A DNA stretch of 64,000 nucleotides from Candidatus Nitrospinota bacterium M3_3B_026 (GCA_051418015.1 JBPRGF010000014.1:63974-127973); one strand, 5' to 3'; counted from the stretch's first letter, positions 1 through 9,730 are shown. Notes: generated by a model not told the origin, from the sequence alone. Program-made: numbers and translations.

Positions 1-2
1 AT

Positions 3-635
3 GTGGGACAGGTGATGAGCCGGAAGGTCGTCACCGCATCGCCCGAGACGAAGGTCGAGAAGGCTTTCGGCGTCATAGTCAGCAAACGTATCGGGCATCT
101 GCCGGTTCTCAGGAGGGGAAGGCTCGCCGGGATAGTCTCGGACCGCGATTTCCGCATGGCCATGAATCCCGCCAGATCACCCAAATCCGGCCGCGCCGGG
201 GTCAAAAACCTCGCCGTGAAAGACATCATGACAAAGGACGTCATCACCACCGAGCCGGGGATGGCCGTCTCCGACGCGGTGAAGCTTATGCTCCGGGCGA
301 AGATCGGGGCGTTGCCCGTGATGACCGGCGACAGGCTCAGCGGGATAGTGACCAAGGACGACCTGCTCGGCGTTTTCGTGGAGATGCTGAGGTGGATACA
401 GGCATCCTCCACCATAGACGTGGAGCTGGTGGACGAAATCGACGACCTGCAGGCGCTCTTTTCCACCCTGCGCGAGAGGAAGGCGCGCGTTCTGAGCTAT
501 TCCGCCACCCCCGGAGGGGCCAGCCGGGGACAGATATGCCACATCAGGATGACCCCCTGCGCCGTCAAGCCCATTGTCGGCGACCTCGCCAGGCGAGGGG
601 TGACCGTGCTGGACGCCTATGGGGAGGACACCTGA
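3..635 (+). CDS. CBS-domain pair protein with C-terminal ACT-like domain (AcuB-like), probably 5' truncated by window edge
   Basis: Two CBS repeats (IGHLPVL...GIVSDRD; IGALPV...GIVTKDDL) followed by a ~75 aa alpha/beta tail. Confidence 0.8.
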   Translation: MGQVMSRKVVTASPETKVEKAFGVIVSKRIGHLPVLRRGRLAGIVSDRDFRMAMNPARSPKSGRAGVKNLAVKDIMTKDVITTEPGMAVSDAVKLMLRAKIGALPVMTGDRLSGIVTKDDLLGVFVEMLRWIQASSTIDVELVDEIDDLQALFSTLRERKARVLSYSATPGGASRGQICHIRMTPCAVKPIVGDLARRGVTVLDAYGEDT

Positions 636-694
636 CATATTCCCGCCCCCGGCCTTATATTAGCTGTAGGAAGACAAAGCAGGGAGCCGGAACC

Positions 695-1699
695 ATGACC
701 GTGGCGGAAGGGCTTCATCCCGCCCTTTACTGGGAAAAGGAGAAGGAGGGGAGGGTCCGTTGCGTCCTCTGTCCCTTCAGGTGTCTTCTGGGCGAAGGCA
801 AGATCGGCATATGCCGGGGCAAACAGAACATCGAGGGGAGCCTTTATGCCATAAACTACGCCAGGACCACCTCCATGAACATGGACCCCATAGAGAAAAA
901 ACCGCTGTATCATTTTTATCCTGGCTCCCACATTCTCTCCATAGGCCCGAACGGGTGCAACCTGGGGTGCGATTTTTGCCAGAACTGGGCCATCTCCCAG
1001 AAGGAGTTCCCCACGACCTATCTTCCGCCCGAGGACGCCGTCGGGCTGGCGGAGACCAGGGGCTCCATCGGCATAGCCTACACCTACACCGAGCCGCTGA
1101 TATGGTTCGAGTACGTGCTGGACACCTCGAAGCTTGCGCGCGAGGCGGGGCTCGTGAACGTCCTGGTGACGAACGGGATGATAAACCCGGAGCCGATGGA
1201 GGAGCTTCTGCCTTACATAGACGCGATGAACATCGACCTGAAGTCGATGGACCCGGCTTTCTACAGGAAAGTGAGCAAGGGCAAGCTCGAGCCCGTGCTG
1301 GACACCATCCGCCGATGCGCGGACAGAACCCACGTGGAGATCACGAATCTTCTCATCCCCGGCCTCAACGACTCCACGGAGATGATAGAGAAACTGACGG
1401 ATTTTATCGCCGGGCTGGATCCGCTGATCCCTCTGCATTTTTCCCGCTATTTCCCCGGCTACAAGCGGACGACGCCGCCGACGCCGATGGAGTCGCTCCT
1501 GCGCGCCGCCCACATAGCCGAAAAGAGGCTCAAGTACGTCTTCATCGGCAACATCGCATCGGAAAAATACAACCAGACAAGGTGCCCCGAATGCGGGGAG
1601 ACGATCATAGAGAGGGCCGGCTACACCGTCCTGAAGACCGCCGTCCGCGGGGGGGAATGCCAATACTGCGGGGCGAAGACGGCGATAGTCGCGGATTGA
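695..1699 (+). CDS. amrS: AmmeMemoRadiSam system radical SAM enzyme
   Basis: N-terminal CxxCPxxC..GIC, DPIEKKPLYHFYPG, radical SAM CNLGCDFCQN motif, YTYTEP, C-terminal CPEC/CQYC; ATG 695 after GGAG. Confidence 0.9.
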   Translation: MTVAEGLHPALYWEKEKEGRVRCVLCPFRCLLGEGKIGICRGKQNIEGSLYAINYARTTSMNMDPIEKKPLYHFYPGSHILSIGPNGCNLGCDFCQNWAISQKEFPTTYLPPEDAVGLAETRGSIGIAYTYTEPLIWFEYVLDTSKLAREAGLVNVLVTNGMINPEPMEELLPYIDAMNIDLKSMDPAFYRKVSKGKLEPVLDTIRRCADRTHVEITNLLIPGLNDSTEMIEKLTDFIAGLDPLIPLHFSRYFPGYKRTTPPTPMESLLRAAHIAEKRLKYVFIGNIASEKYNQTRCPECGETIIERAGYTVLKTAVRGGECQYCGAKTAIVAD

Positions 1700-1756
1700 T
1701 GTTTAAGTGTAATGTTTTCCGCCTGTTCCGAATGCTTAAAAAAAGGACAAAAAACC

Positions 1757-1786
1757 TTGACGCGCGCCGGTATTTGTAATTAAAAT
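1757..1786 (+). promoter_or_regulatory. Putative sigma-70 promoter of the cyc2-like gene
   Basis: TTGACG-N18-TAAAAT in an AT-rich intergenic region; overlapped by the inverted repeat GTAAT-N4-ATTAC (1776-1789). Confidence 0.5.
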
Positions 1787-1900
1787 TACGCCGATTCACG
1801 CTCAATAGGAGACGGGTTCCGGCGCTTGTCGCGGCGGGGCTCTTGGCGTGGGTCGAAAAAGCCTTAAGTTATCTGTTGTTTGAGTAAGGAGGAGCATCGT

Positions 1901-3115
1901 ATGAGGAGGACATTCCTATCGGTTCTGTCGGTCGTGGCGGTCGCCATGGCGGGAATCCTCGTAACGCCGGATGAAGGCTCGGCCCTGCCGAACTTCGCCC
2001 GGCAGACCGGGCAGCCCTGTTTCAGCTGCCATTTCCAGCACATTCCAAAACTTTCCGCGTACGGGCGGTCCTTCAAGATGGGCGCGTACACGGACACCTT
2101 CGTCGACATGATCGAGGGTGAGAACCTGTCCACCCCGGCCACGGCCCCCGTCGGGTTCGTGACCAAGCTGCGCTACGTCCAGACCACCGCCAAGGAAGAG
2201 CACGGCGAGAAGGCCGGCACCGAGCGCGGCGAGTGGCAGATTCCTGACGAGGCCGCTCTCTGGCTGGCCGGGCGCGTGTCCGAGAACATCGGCTACGCCA
2301 TCGAGTTCCCGGAAGGCTGGGCCTCGGGCAAGGTCATCTTCAAGCTTCCGGTGGACGCCGTGAACGTGGGCCTTTCCGTGTACAGCACGGACGCTCTCGG
2401 GCCGGGCTTCGGCATGGAGATCTTCAACACCGGCGTTCTGCGGTCCATCCGCATGTTTGAGTCCCGCAAGGAGACGATAGTCGCCCAGGGGATGGGTGTC
2501 GGAGCCGGGACGGCCACGGGTCTTACCCTCTACGCCGGCAGCGACATGTTCTTCGCGGGCGCCGGCCTGTGGGGCCCGCAGTTCGGCGGAGAGGCTCCCA
2601 TCGACACGGGTTTCGACCTTTCCACCTGGTACCGCGCGGCCTTCACGCCGACCTTCGGCGATCATAACCTGATGATCGGCGTCTTCGGCACCGCGGGCGA
2701 GACCAAGTGCGTCGAGTGTCTCGGTGGCGACGGTAGCGAGGTGCTGTCCGCCAAGACGGAGTCCTTCGGTGTTGACGCTCAGCTTCAGAGCGTGTTGGGC
2801 AACGGCATGACCCTGGAGGTTCAGGGCATGTACCTGACCGCTGGCAGCGACGACGCCAACTCCCTCTACACGGAGTCCAACGGCTTCAGCGGCGTCGCGG
2901 AGCTTGGCTTCAACCCGATGTTCGGCGTGGCCGTCGGTTACGCAAGCTACACCGACAAGAGCGGGTCCGAGGACGTGGACACCCAGGCCACGAGCGTCGC
3001 GGCTTACGCCAACCTCGCCCAGAACGTCACGCTGAGGCCGGAGTTCACCTCCTACAGCGGCGACGGAAGGAGCAACGACGACCAGTTCCTGCTTCTCCTG
3101 CTGGCTGGCTTCTAA
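1901..3115 (+). CDS. cyc2: Cyc2-like outer-membrane monoheme cytochrome c-porin fusion (putative Fe(II) oxidase)
   Basis: Signal peptide, then LPNFARQTGQPCFSCHFQHIPKLSAYGRSFKMGAY (Cyc2 PxFARQTG..CxxCH...P.L...GR.FK signature), amphipathic beta strands, terminal Phe; strong SD AAGGAGG. Confidence 0.85.
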   Translation: MRRTFLSVLSVVAVAMAGILVTPDEGSALPNFARQTGQPCFSCHFQHIPKLSAYGRSFKMGAYTDTFVDMIEGENLSTPATAPVGFVTKLRYVQTTAKEEHGEKAGTERGEWQIPDEAALWLAGRVSENIGYAIEFPEGWASGKVIFKLPVDAVNVGLSVYSTDALGPGFGMEIFNTGVLRSIRMFESRKETIVAQGMGVGAGTATGLTLYAGSDMFFAGAGLWGPQFGGEAPIDTGFDLSTWYRAAFTPTFGDHNLMIGVFGTAGETKCVECLGGDGSEVLSAKTESFGVDAQLQSVLGNGMTLEVQGMYLTAGSDDANSLYTESNGFSGVAELGFNPMFGVAVGYASYTDKSGSEDVDTQATSVAAYANLAQNVTLRPEFTSYSGDGRSNDDQFLLLLLAGF

Positions 3116-3140
3116 GCTCCCGCCTTTCAAGGCAGATACT

Positions 3141-3176
3141 CCCCCGTCCTCTTTAAAGAGGGCGGGGGTTTTTTTA
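3141..3176 (+). terminator. Rho-independent terminator after cyc2-like gene
   Basis: CCCCCGTCCTCTTT/AAAGAGGGCGGGGG hairpin followed by a T run. Confidence 0.85.
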
Positions 3177-3206
3177 TGCTTGCCGCGGCGGGCTCCTTTC
3201 CCGCGG

Positions 3207-3393
3207 TGTCCATTCTGAGCGCCAGCGAAGAATCCCGCAACGGACGTGAAACGGCGAGATCCTTCGGCCTCAGGATGACAATGGGGCGGCTCAGGGTGGA
3301 TAAAATGGGAGCGCTCAGGGTGACAAAGTGAGGGGAGGTTCAGGGTGACACTATCTCTTCACAGTGTCATGCTGAACGAAGTGAAGCATCTCG
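3207..3393. repeat. REP/MITE-like palindromic element cluster (copy 1)
   Basis: TGTC(C)ATTCTGAGCG.AGCGAAGAATC...AGATCCTTCG..CTCAGGATGACA unit, extra CTCAGGGTGACA-like half sites, then TGTCATGCTGAACGAAGTGAAGCATCT. Confidence 0.7.
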
Positions 3394-3431
3394 CCCCGGG
3401 ACAACAACGAAAACAGCTTCTCAGCAGCCCG

Positions 3432-5393
3432 TCAGGCCCTCGCGGCGCCGGACTCTTTCCAATCTACCAAAAAGATGTCGTAGCGGACGCCCTCCAGCCC
3501 CTTGATCTCGGCCCAGCCTATTTCCCGGAGAACGAACCTGGGGTCGTCCTTGATGGAGTTGTAGACAATGTATGAGACCAGCACGCGGTTCACCAGCGGG
3601 AAATCCACAGGGTCCACGTTCAGTTGCATGAATGACTCCGGGCCGAGCCTCTCGATCCTCGAAGCGGCGTTCACCGGCACGCCGAACCGGTCGTTGTCAT
3701 GCCCCACCCTGGTCTCTCCGAAGTCGATCCCCACCCGGACGTTTATCCTGTTTTTCTCGTCCGCCCTCCGGTTGTAATCTTCCAGCTCCTTCAGTGTCTC
3801 CACGGCCGCGCTGACGGCGTCGGCGTTGCTCTCGAAAACGCCCATGAACCCGTCGCCCAAGCCCTTTTTGTACGCGAGGCCGTTGCGCGAGGCCTTTTCG
3901 CTGAAAATCTTGTCCAGCGAACTGAACAGCTTGAAGAAATGGTATCCCCCGTAGACGTTCATTATCTCCGTGGAGCCTGCCACGTCCAGGAACAGGATCG
4001 ACTCCGGCCGGGAGTCTTTATACGGCGAGGCGGGGATGGATGGCGCCTGGAGCGGCTTTGACGGGATCGAGGGTGGAGCGTCCCCGGCGGAGCTTGCGGC
4101 GGACACTTTTTCTATGAACTCGGCCACTCTTTCGGCGCTCCCCCTGAGGGATTCGTCGGCGAGCTTGATGAAGGTCTCGTAGTCCTTGACGGCTTCCCCG
4201 GACAATCCCATGTCATACTTCGCCTTGCCCCTGTTGTGATAGGCCGGGGCGAAGCTGGGGTTGAGCCGTATGGCCTCGCTGTAGTCGGCGACGGCTTCCT
4301 TCTTGAGGCCTAAGTCGGACCTGGCGTTGCCGCGGTTGTTGTAGGCGGCGGCGTAGCTCGGGTCCAGTTGCGTGGCGGCGTCGTAGTCGGCTATGGCCTC
4401 TTCCTTCAATCCCATGTATGAGAGGGCGTTCCCCTTGTTGTAAAAGACCTGCGGCATGTTCGGCTTCAGCCTCAGGGCCTCCTCGTAGTCGGCGACGGCT
4501 TCCTTTTTGAGACCCAGGTCGGACTTGGCGTTGCCCCGGTTGTAATAGGCCGCGGCAAGATCCGGGTCCAGCTCTATGGCGCGGTCGTAGTCGGCTATGG
4601 CCTCTTCCTTGCGCCCCAGGGCGGATTTTATGTTTCCCCTGTTGTTGTACGCCAGGGCGTAATCCGGACCCAGCTCTATGGCGCGGTCGAAATCGGCTAT
4701 GGCCTCCTCGGCCCTGCCGAGGTCGTATTTAGCGTTCGCCCTGTTGAAAAAGGCCACGGCGTAACGGGGACTGAGTTCTATGGCCTGGTCGTAGTCGGCT
4801 ATTGCCTCGTCTTTTCGCCCCAGCGAGTCCTTGGCGATGCCGCGGTTGTTGTACGCCTTGGCGAGGCCGGGGTCCAGGCGGATGGCCTGGTCGTAGTCGG
4901 CTATGGCCTCCTCCTTGCGCCCCAGGGCGGCCTTGGCGCTGCCGCGGTTGTTGTAGGCGGCGGCGTGGGAGGGGTTCAGGCGTACGGCCTGGTCGTAGTC
5001 GGCTATGGCCTCCTCCTTGCGCCCCAGGGCGGACTTGGCGTTGCCACGGTTGTTGTAGGCCACGGCGTAGTTCGGGTTCAGCGCGAGCGCCTGGTCGTAG
5101 TCGGCTATGGCCTCCTCCTTGCGCCCTAGGGCGGACTTGGCGTTGCCCCGGTTGTTGTAGGCGGCGGCGTAATCGGGGTTCAGCTCTATGGCGCGGTCGA
5201 AATCGGCGATGGCCTCCTCCCTGTGGCCCAGGGCGGCCTTGGCGCTGCCGCGGTTGTTGTAGGCGGCGGCGTGGGAGGGGTTCAGGCGTATCGCCTCGTC
5301 GAAATCGGCGATCGACTCCCCGGTCTGCTTGTTTTTATATTTTTCGACGCCTTTTTCGAAATATTGTTTCGCTTTTTCCGTCTCGTTTGACAT
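3432..5393 (-). CDS. TPR-repeat class III nucleotide (probably adenylate) cyclase
   Basis: ~12 TPRs (AAAYNNRGNAKSALGRKEEAIADYDQA) plus a cyclase domain with FLDVAGST, KGLGDG and DRFGVPVNAASRIE motifs. Confidence 0.88.
   Translation of the reverse strand: MSNETEKAKQYFEKGVEKYKNKQTGESIADFDEAIRLNPSHAAAYNNRGSAKAALGHREEAIADFDRAIELNPDYAAAYNNRGNAKSALGRKEEAIADYDQALALNPNYAVAYNNRGNAKSALGRKEEAIADYDQAVRLNPSHAAAYNNRGSAKAALGRKEEAIADYDQAIRLDPGLAKAYNNRGIAKDSLGRKDEAIADYDQAIELSPRYAVAFFNRANAKYDLGRAEEAIADFDRAIELGPDYALAYNNRGNIKSALGRKEEAIADYDRAIELDPDLAAAYYNRGNAKSDLGLKKEAVADYEEALRLKPNMPQVFYNKGNALSYMGLKEEAIADYDAATQLDPSYAAAYNNRGNARSDLGLKKEAVADYSEAIRLNPSFAPAYHNRGKAKYDMGLSGEAVKDYETFIKLADESLRGSAERVAEFIEKVSAASSAGDAPPSIPSKPLQAPSIPASPYKDSRPESILFLDVAGSTEIMNVYGGYHFFKLFSSLDKIFSEKASRNGLAYKKGLGDGFMGVFESNADAVSAAVETLKELEDYNRRADEKNRINVRVGIDFGETRVGHDNDRFGVPVNAASRIERLGPESFMQLNVDPVDFPLVNRVLVSYIVYNSIKDDPRFVLREIGWAEIKGLEGVRYDIFLVDWKESGAARA
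4150..5370 (-). repeat. Intragenic 102-bp tandem repeats encoding TPR units
   Basis: Near-identical 102-nt units, e.g. recurring GTCGTAGTCGGCTATGGCCTCCTCCTTGCGCCC. Confidence 0.85.
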
Positions 5394-5460
5394 AATTTAT
5401 AATCTTAGCAAAATATCTCTGCTATAAGGTTGAAATCAGGTAAATAACGTTTTTTGCCGT

Positions 5461-6186
5461 ATGACGCGGGAATCGCCGAGCCTTTTCGAAAACGCCCTTG
5501 TCCAGACCCTGGCCGAGCGCATCGGGCCGTCTTTCAACGTGACTCTGACCGACAACAGGAGAACCCTTATCTCCATAAGGGAAAAGAATGGCGCGACACA
5601 CGTCAGGCTCTCCAGGATATTCGCCCTTGCCGACGAGGCGACGACCCGCGGCCTGGTCTTGTACATAAAAGGGAGGGCAAGACGCCTGCCGAGGAGCGTC
5701 ACGGCCTTCGTCAGGACCCAGCCTCCGCCTCCCCGGGCCGTCCGTAAAGCCGTTGAAAAACTGGCCCCGAAAGGCAAAGTCCGCGACCTTCGGGACGTAG
5801 CCGGGAGGATCGACAAACGCTATTTCGGCGGCTGCGCCGGGAGGGTGAGGATCACCTGGGGCAGGCCCGCGCCGGTTATGAAAAAACGCCGCGCCCAGAA
5901 AAGCGTCCGGCTGGGGTCATACGACTGGGAGTTCGACCTGATAACCGTGAATCCCGTCCTGGACTCTGCGTCTGTCCCCGTCGAGGTGTTGGAACTGGTC
6001 GTGTATCACGAGATGCTCCACAAAAAACTCGGCAGGAGGGTGGGGCGCGACGGCAGACTTCTGGCGCACACGCCGCTGTTCCGCGCGCTGGAGCGCAAAT
6101 ACGAGCGTTACGAGCAGGCCGTGGATTGGGAAAGGAAGCATATATGGAAGGCGCTGCGGCCGGCTCGCGGCGGGCGAAGGCCGTAG
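5461..6186 (+). CDS. SprT/DUF45(YgjP)-like zinc metallopeptidase
   Basis: LGSY..., INPVLD-like segment, HEMLH zincin motif and downstream HTPLF. Confidence 0.75.
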   Translation: MTRESPSLFENALVQTLAERIGPSFNVTLTDNRRTLISIREKNGATHVRLSRIFALADEATTRGLVLYIKGRARRLPRSVTAFVRTQPPPPRAVRKAVEKLAPKGKVRDLRDVAGRIDKRYFGGCAGRVRITWGRPAPVMKKRRAQKSVRLGSYDWEFDLITVNPVLDSASVPVEVLELVVYHEMLHKKLGRRVGRDGRLLAHTPLFRALERKYERYEQAVDWERKHIWKALRPARGGRRP

Positions 6187-6863
6187 ACACGGGCTCTGCC
6201 CGGCGGGACGGGTTCGACATCTCAAAAGCCCTGGGGATCATCCGCCGGGAGGTGAAACGGTGGAAGACCCCGGTGGTGACCCGTTACAGCCGTGAGGGCG
6301 AAAGACCGGCCTTCCGCGTCCTCATAAGCTGCCTTCTCTCCCTGCGGACAAGGGACGAGCAGACCGCCGCGGCCGCCCGCCGCCTCTTCGCCGCCGCCGC
6401 CGCCCCCCGCCGGATCATGGCCCTGCCGGAGAAGAGGATCGAGGAGCTTATTTACCCCGTCGGGTTCTACAGGAACAAGGCCAGGGTCATAAAGGAGGTC
6501 TGCCGCCGGCTCGTGGCCGACTACGGTGGCGCCGTCCCGGACGAGATAGACGAGCTTTTGAAGCTGAAGGGAGTGGGGCGCAAGACGGCCAACCTCGTTG
6601 TGACCATGGGCTTCGGCAAGCCGGGGATATGCGTGGACACCCACGTTCACCGGATAGTAAACATCTGGGGATACGTCAGGACCGCCGCGCCTGACAAGAC
6701 CGAGCTTGCCCTGCGGGAAAAACTTCCCCGCCGCCACTGGATAGAGATAAACGACCTGCTCGTGACCTATGGCCAGAACGTGTGCAAGCCCGTCTCCCCG
6801 CTGTGCTCCAAGTGCGCCATACACAGCATGTGCCCCAGGGCAGGCGTTACCCGCAGCCGCTAG
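6144..6863 (+). CDS. nth: Endonuclease III (HhH-GPD glycosylase); start uncertain
   Basis: LLSLRTRD, LKGVGRKTAN HhH, VDTHVHR and CKPVSPLCSKCAIHSMCP 4Fe-4S motif. Confidence 0.92.
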   Translation: MEGAAAGSRRAKAVDTGSARRDGFDISKALGIIRREVKRWKTPVVTRYSREGERPAFRVLISCLLSLRTRDEQTAAAARRLFAAAAAPRRIMALPEKRIEELIYPVGFYRNKARVIKEVCRRLVADYGGAVPDEIDELLKLKGVGRKTANLVVTMGFGKPGICVDTHVHRIVNIWGYVRTAAPDKTELALREKLPRRHWIEINDLLVTYGQNVCKPVSPLCSKCAIHSMCPRAGVTRSR

Positions 6864-6918
6864 GCGAAAGCCTCCGTGTGTTAGAATTTTATAATGGCGA
6901 AGCTTCGCGAAAAAAAAG

Positions 6919-7677
6919 ATGCCGGAACGTGAGCCCGCCCAGATCCTGAGCCTGTCGGTGATGGGGCGCGGGGGGGAGGAGAAAGCGTTCCCGCTGGATC
7001 GTGACAGCCTGACCATCGGCAGGGAGTCCGGCTGCGACATCATCATCCCTGACCTTTCCATATCCAAAAAACACGCGAGGGTTTTCATCGAGAACGGCAG
7101 GACGATGATCGCCGACGGCGTGGACGGCAAGCCAAGCGTCAACGGTGTTTACGTGAACGACGCTCGCATAAGCGGCCCCGTGGCGCTCAAGGAAGGCGAC
7201 GTGGTGAAGATGGGCGTGCTGAAATTCATGGCGAAGCTGAGCCCGGACCTTAAGCGCCAGGCGACGCTGGAGCAGGTGACCTCCGCGGAGAACCTGAGGG
7301 CGTTCCTGGAGTACGGCGAGGCCATGAAGGCCAGGGAGGCTGACATCCTGGCGCGGATATCCTCCCTTGACCTGGGGGCCGGAGAGCTGACGGAGATTTT
7401 CGACGCCGCGCTGGACAGGGCGATGGAGGAAAGCCGCCTCAAAAAGGTCGGGTTCATCTCCGCCCTGAAACACAAAGCGCTGAAAGAGACGAAAAGCGGC
7501 GGAGGCCGGAAGGCCGGACAGTGGAGCGAAGACGCCGCCGGGGACCCGGACGCCACCGTTCTAGACCCCGCCTTCGCCGCGTCCGCCGGGGCCGGGAAGC
7601 GGAGAGGGCTTCTGATCGTCGCGGCGGCGCTCCTGGGGGCTTTCATTGCCGCCGCCCTTGTTCTGATGTATTTATGA
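6919..7677 (+). CDS. FHA-domain protein with C-terminal membrane anchor
   Basis: IGRESGCDI...SISKKHA...SVNGVYVN FHA motifs; hydrophobic C-terminus. Confidence 0.8.
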   Translation: MPEREPAQILSLSVMGRGGEEKAFPLDRDSLTIGRESGCDIIIPDLSISKKHARVFIENGRTMIADGVDGKPSVNGVYVNDARISGPVALKEGDVVKMGVLKFMAKLSPDLKRQATLEQVTSAENLRAFLEYGEAMKAREADILARISSLDLGAGELTEIFDAALDRAMEESRLKKVGFISALKHKALKETKSGGGRKAGQWSEDAAGDPDATVLDPAFAASAGAGKRRGLLIVAAALLGAFIAAALVLMYL

Positions 7678-7691
7678 GAAAATAGGAAACC

Positions 7692-8717
7692 ATGGCGGAA
7701 AACAGGCTGGACAGGATTTTCGAGGACGAAAGCTACCGGGCCCTCAAGGGGGAGGAGAAGAGGGTGTACGGCTTCCTCTCCACCGTGGTGGAGAAAAAGA
7801 AGATGCTCCTGGAGCTGGAGAAAAGCTACCGCGCGAGGCTCAAGGAGATAGCCGACGAGGTGGCGGGCCGCGAGGGGGCCCTGAACCTTTCGGCCCAGGA
7901 GGCGGACGCCGCCGCCGATGGCCTGAAAAAGACCTTGAAAGCCGCGGATGAGAAGATAAAATCCATCCGCCGTGAGCTGGACTTCGCGGAGCTGCGCCTC
8001 TCGGCGGGGGAGTTTGGACGGGAGGAGCTGGACAGAGAAAGAGACAGGCTTCAGCGGGAGCTCTCGAAGGCGGAGGCGGAAAGATCGTGGATCCAGGACA
8101 AGATCGCCCTTGTCAAAAAACTGAAGTCCGGCTCCAGGAGGACGAAACCGCGAGAGGAACAGAAAGAGCGCAAGACCGACGGGGCGAACGCATCCTCCCC
8201 CCGCCGCCCCGCGGAGGCGGAGAAAGACAATACGCAAACCACCACCTCCCCCATCATGAGCCTGAAAGGCTTTGGCGGCGCCAGGAGCCCCGACGCGACG
8301 ATCATCTCCGAGATGACGCTGCCGATCAAACCCACGGGGGGGAATTTCGACGCCGAAGAAACCATGGCCATCCCGGCGGACCTCGTGGGATCGGATCCGG
8401 ACAGGCTCCTGGAGGCGTCCCTGCACATTCATAACGAGGATGGATGGGAGCGTTTCCCCCTGAAAAAGGAGGATGTGAGCATAGGCAACATCCGCGAGCC
8501 GGAAAACGACATCGCCCTTTACGACGCCCAGGTGTCGAGAAGACACGCGAAGATAATCTACGACGAGCCGACCGACTGCTGGTTTCTCGTGGACCTCGGC
8601 AGCCGCAACGGCTCCTTCCTGAACAACAAGTTCATAGAGTCGAACGACCCGCAACTTCTGAAAGACAAGGACAGGATAACCCTGGGCGAGACCAGCATAG
8701 TCATACACCTGCCCTGA
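7692..8717 (+). CDS. Coiled-coil protein with C-terminal FHA domain
   Basis: Heptad-rich N-half; VSRRHA...DLGSRNGSFLN FHA motifs. Confidence 0.8.
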   Translation: MAENRLDRIFEDESYRALKGEEKRVYGFLSTVVEKKKMLLELEKSYRARLKEIADEVAGREGALNLSAQEADAAADGLKKTLKAADEKIKSIRRELDFAELRLSAGEFGREELDRERDRLQRELSKAEAERSWIQDKIALVKKLKSGSRRTKPREEQKERKTDGANASSPRRPAEAEKDNTQTTTSPIMSLKGFGGARSPDATIISEMTLPIKPTGGNFDAEETMAIPADLVGSDPDRLLEASLHIHNEDGWERFPLKKEDVSIGNIREPENDIALYDAQVSRRHAKIIYDEPTDCWFLVDLGSRNGSFLNNKFIESNDPQLLKDKDRITLGETSIVIHLP

Positions 8718-8809
8718 CGGCTGCCCCGGCTCCGGCCTTGACTTTCGCGCCGCGGCGTCTGATAAAGGACAAATGAGCTTGAATTTCCTGATGATTCGCA
8801 AGAGAGCCG

Positions 8810-9730
8810 ATGGCTAAGGACTACTACGACATACTCGGCGTGGACAGGAACGCCACGGTGGAGCAGATCAAGAAGGCGTACAAAAATCTCGCCAAGAGAT
8901 ACCACCCGGACAGGAACCCGGACGACAAGCAGGCCGAGGAGAAGTTCAAGGAGATAAGCGAGGCCTACGCCGTCCTGAGCGACAAGGAAAAACGCGCCCA
9001 GTACGACAGGTTCGGCCACGCCAAGTTCCGCCAGGCCTACAGCCAGGAGGACATCTTCAGCGGTGTGAACCCGGACGACATATTCCGCGAGTTCGGATTC
9101 GGGGGCGATATCCTCAGCCAGATGTTCGGCTTCAGGACCGCGGGCGGGCCGCGTGTGCGCTTTGAGCAGGGAGGCTTCGGGTTCGAGCCTTTCGGCGCGG
9201 GACGGGGGCCGATGGCGGGGCGGGACTACGAGACGAGCCTCACCGTCTCCTTCGATGAGGCGATGAAAGGCGCCGAGCGGGCGCTGACCCTGAACACGGA
9301 GTCGGGCCCGCGCCACGTGACGGTGAGGATACCCCGGGGGATATCGACGGGCAAGAAACTCCGCCTGAAGGGGGAGGGCGGGCCCGGCCCCGGCGGCGGG
9401 CCTCCGGGCGATCTTTACATAAAAGCGACGGTGGCTGAAGACCCGGTGTTCAAAAGAGACGGGGACGACCTGGTCGTGGAGGCGCCGGTCGCCTATTCCA
9501 CCCTCATCCTTGGCGGGACGGCCTCCGTCCCCACGTTGGAGGGGGAAAAGACCATAAGGATACCTCCGGCGTCTGACCCGTCGAAAAGGATCAGGATAAA
9601 GGGAGCCGGGGCGCCGAAACTGAAAGGAGGCCGGGGCGACCTTTACGTCAAGCTGAAGGTGACCGTGCCGCCGGAGCCCACCGAAAAGCAGAAGAGCCTG
9701 GCCTCGGAGCTTTTGAAGACGGGGCTTTGA
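8810..9730 (+). CDS. DnaJ-class chaperone without zinc finger (CbpA-like)
   Basis: J domain with HPD, G/F-rich linker, DnaJ C-terminal domain, no CxxCxGxG repeats. Confidence 0.9.
   Translation: MAKDYYDILGVDRNATVEQIKKAYKNLAKRYHPDRNPDDKQAEEKFKEISEAYAVLSDKEKRAQYDRFGHAKFRQAYSQEDIFSGVNPDDIFREFGFGGDILSQMFGFRTAGGPRVRFEQGGFGFEPFGAGRGPMAGRDYETSLTVSFDEAMKGAERALTLNTESGPRHVTVRIPRGISTGKKLRLKGEGGPGPGGGPPGDLYIKATVAEDPVFKRDGDDLVVEAPVAYSTLILGGTASVPTLEGEKTIRIPPASDPSKRIRIKGAGAPKLKGGRGDLYVKLKVTVPPEPTEKQKSLASELLKTGL

Noticed and set aside
3269..3350. Regularly spaced CTCAGGGTGACA-like repeats resembling a mini-CRISPR
   Set aside because: Repeats are ~12 bp with ~10-13 bp spacers, degenerate, match the REP-like half-site, and no cas genes are present.
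4150..5370. 102-bp tandem repeats as a non-coding array
   Set aside because: They are in-frame TPR-coding units of the cyclase gene.
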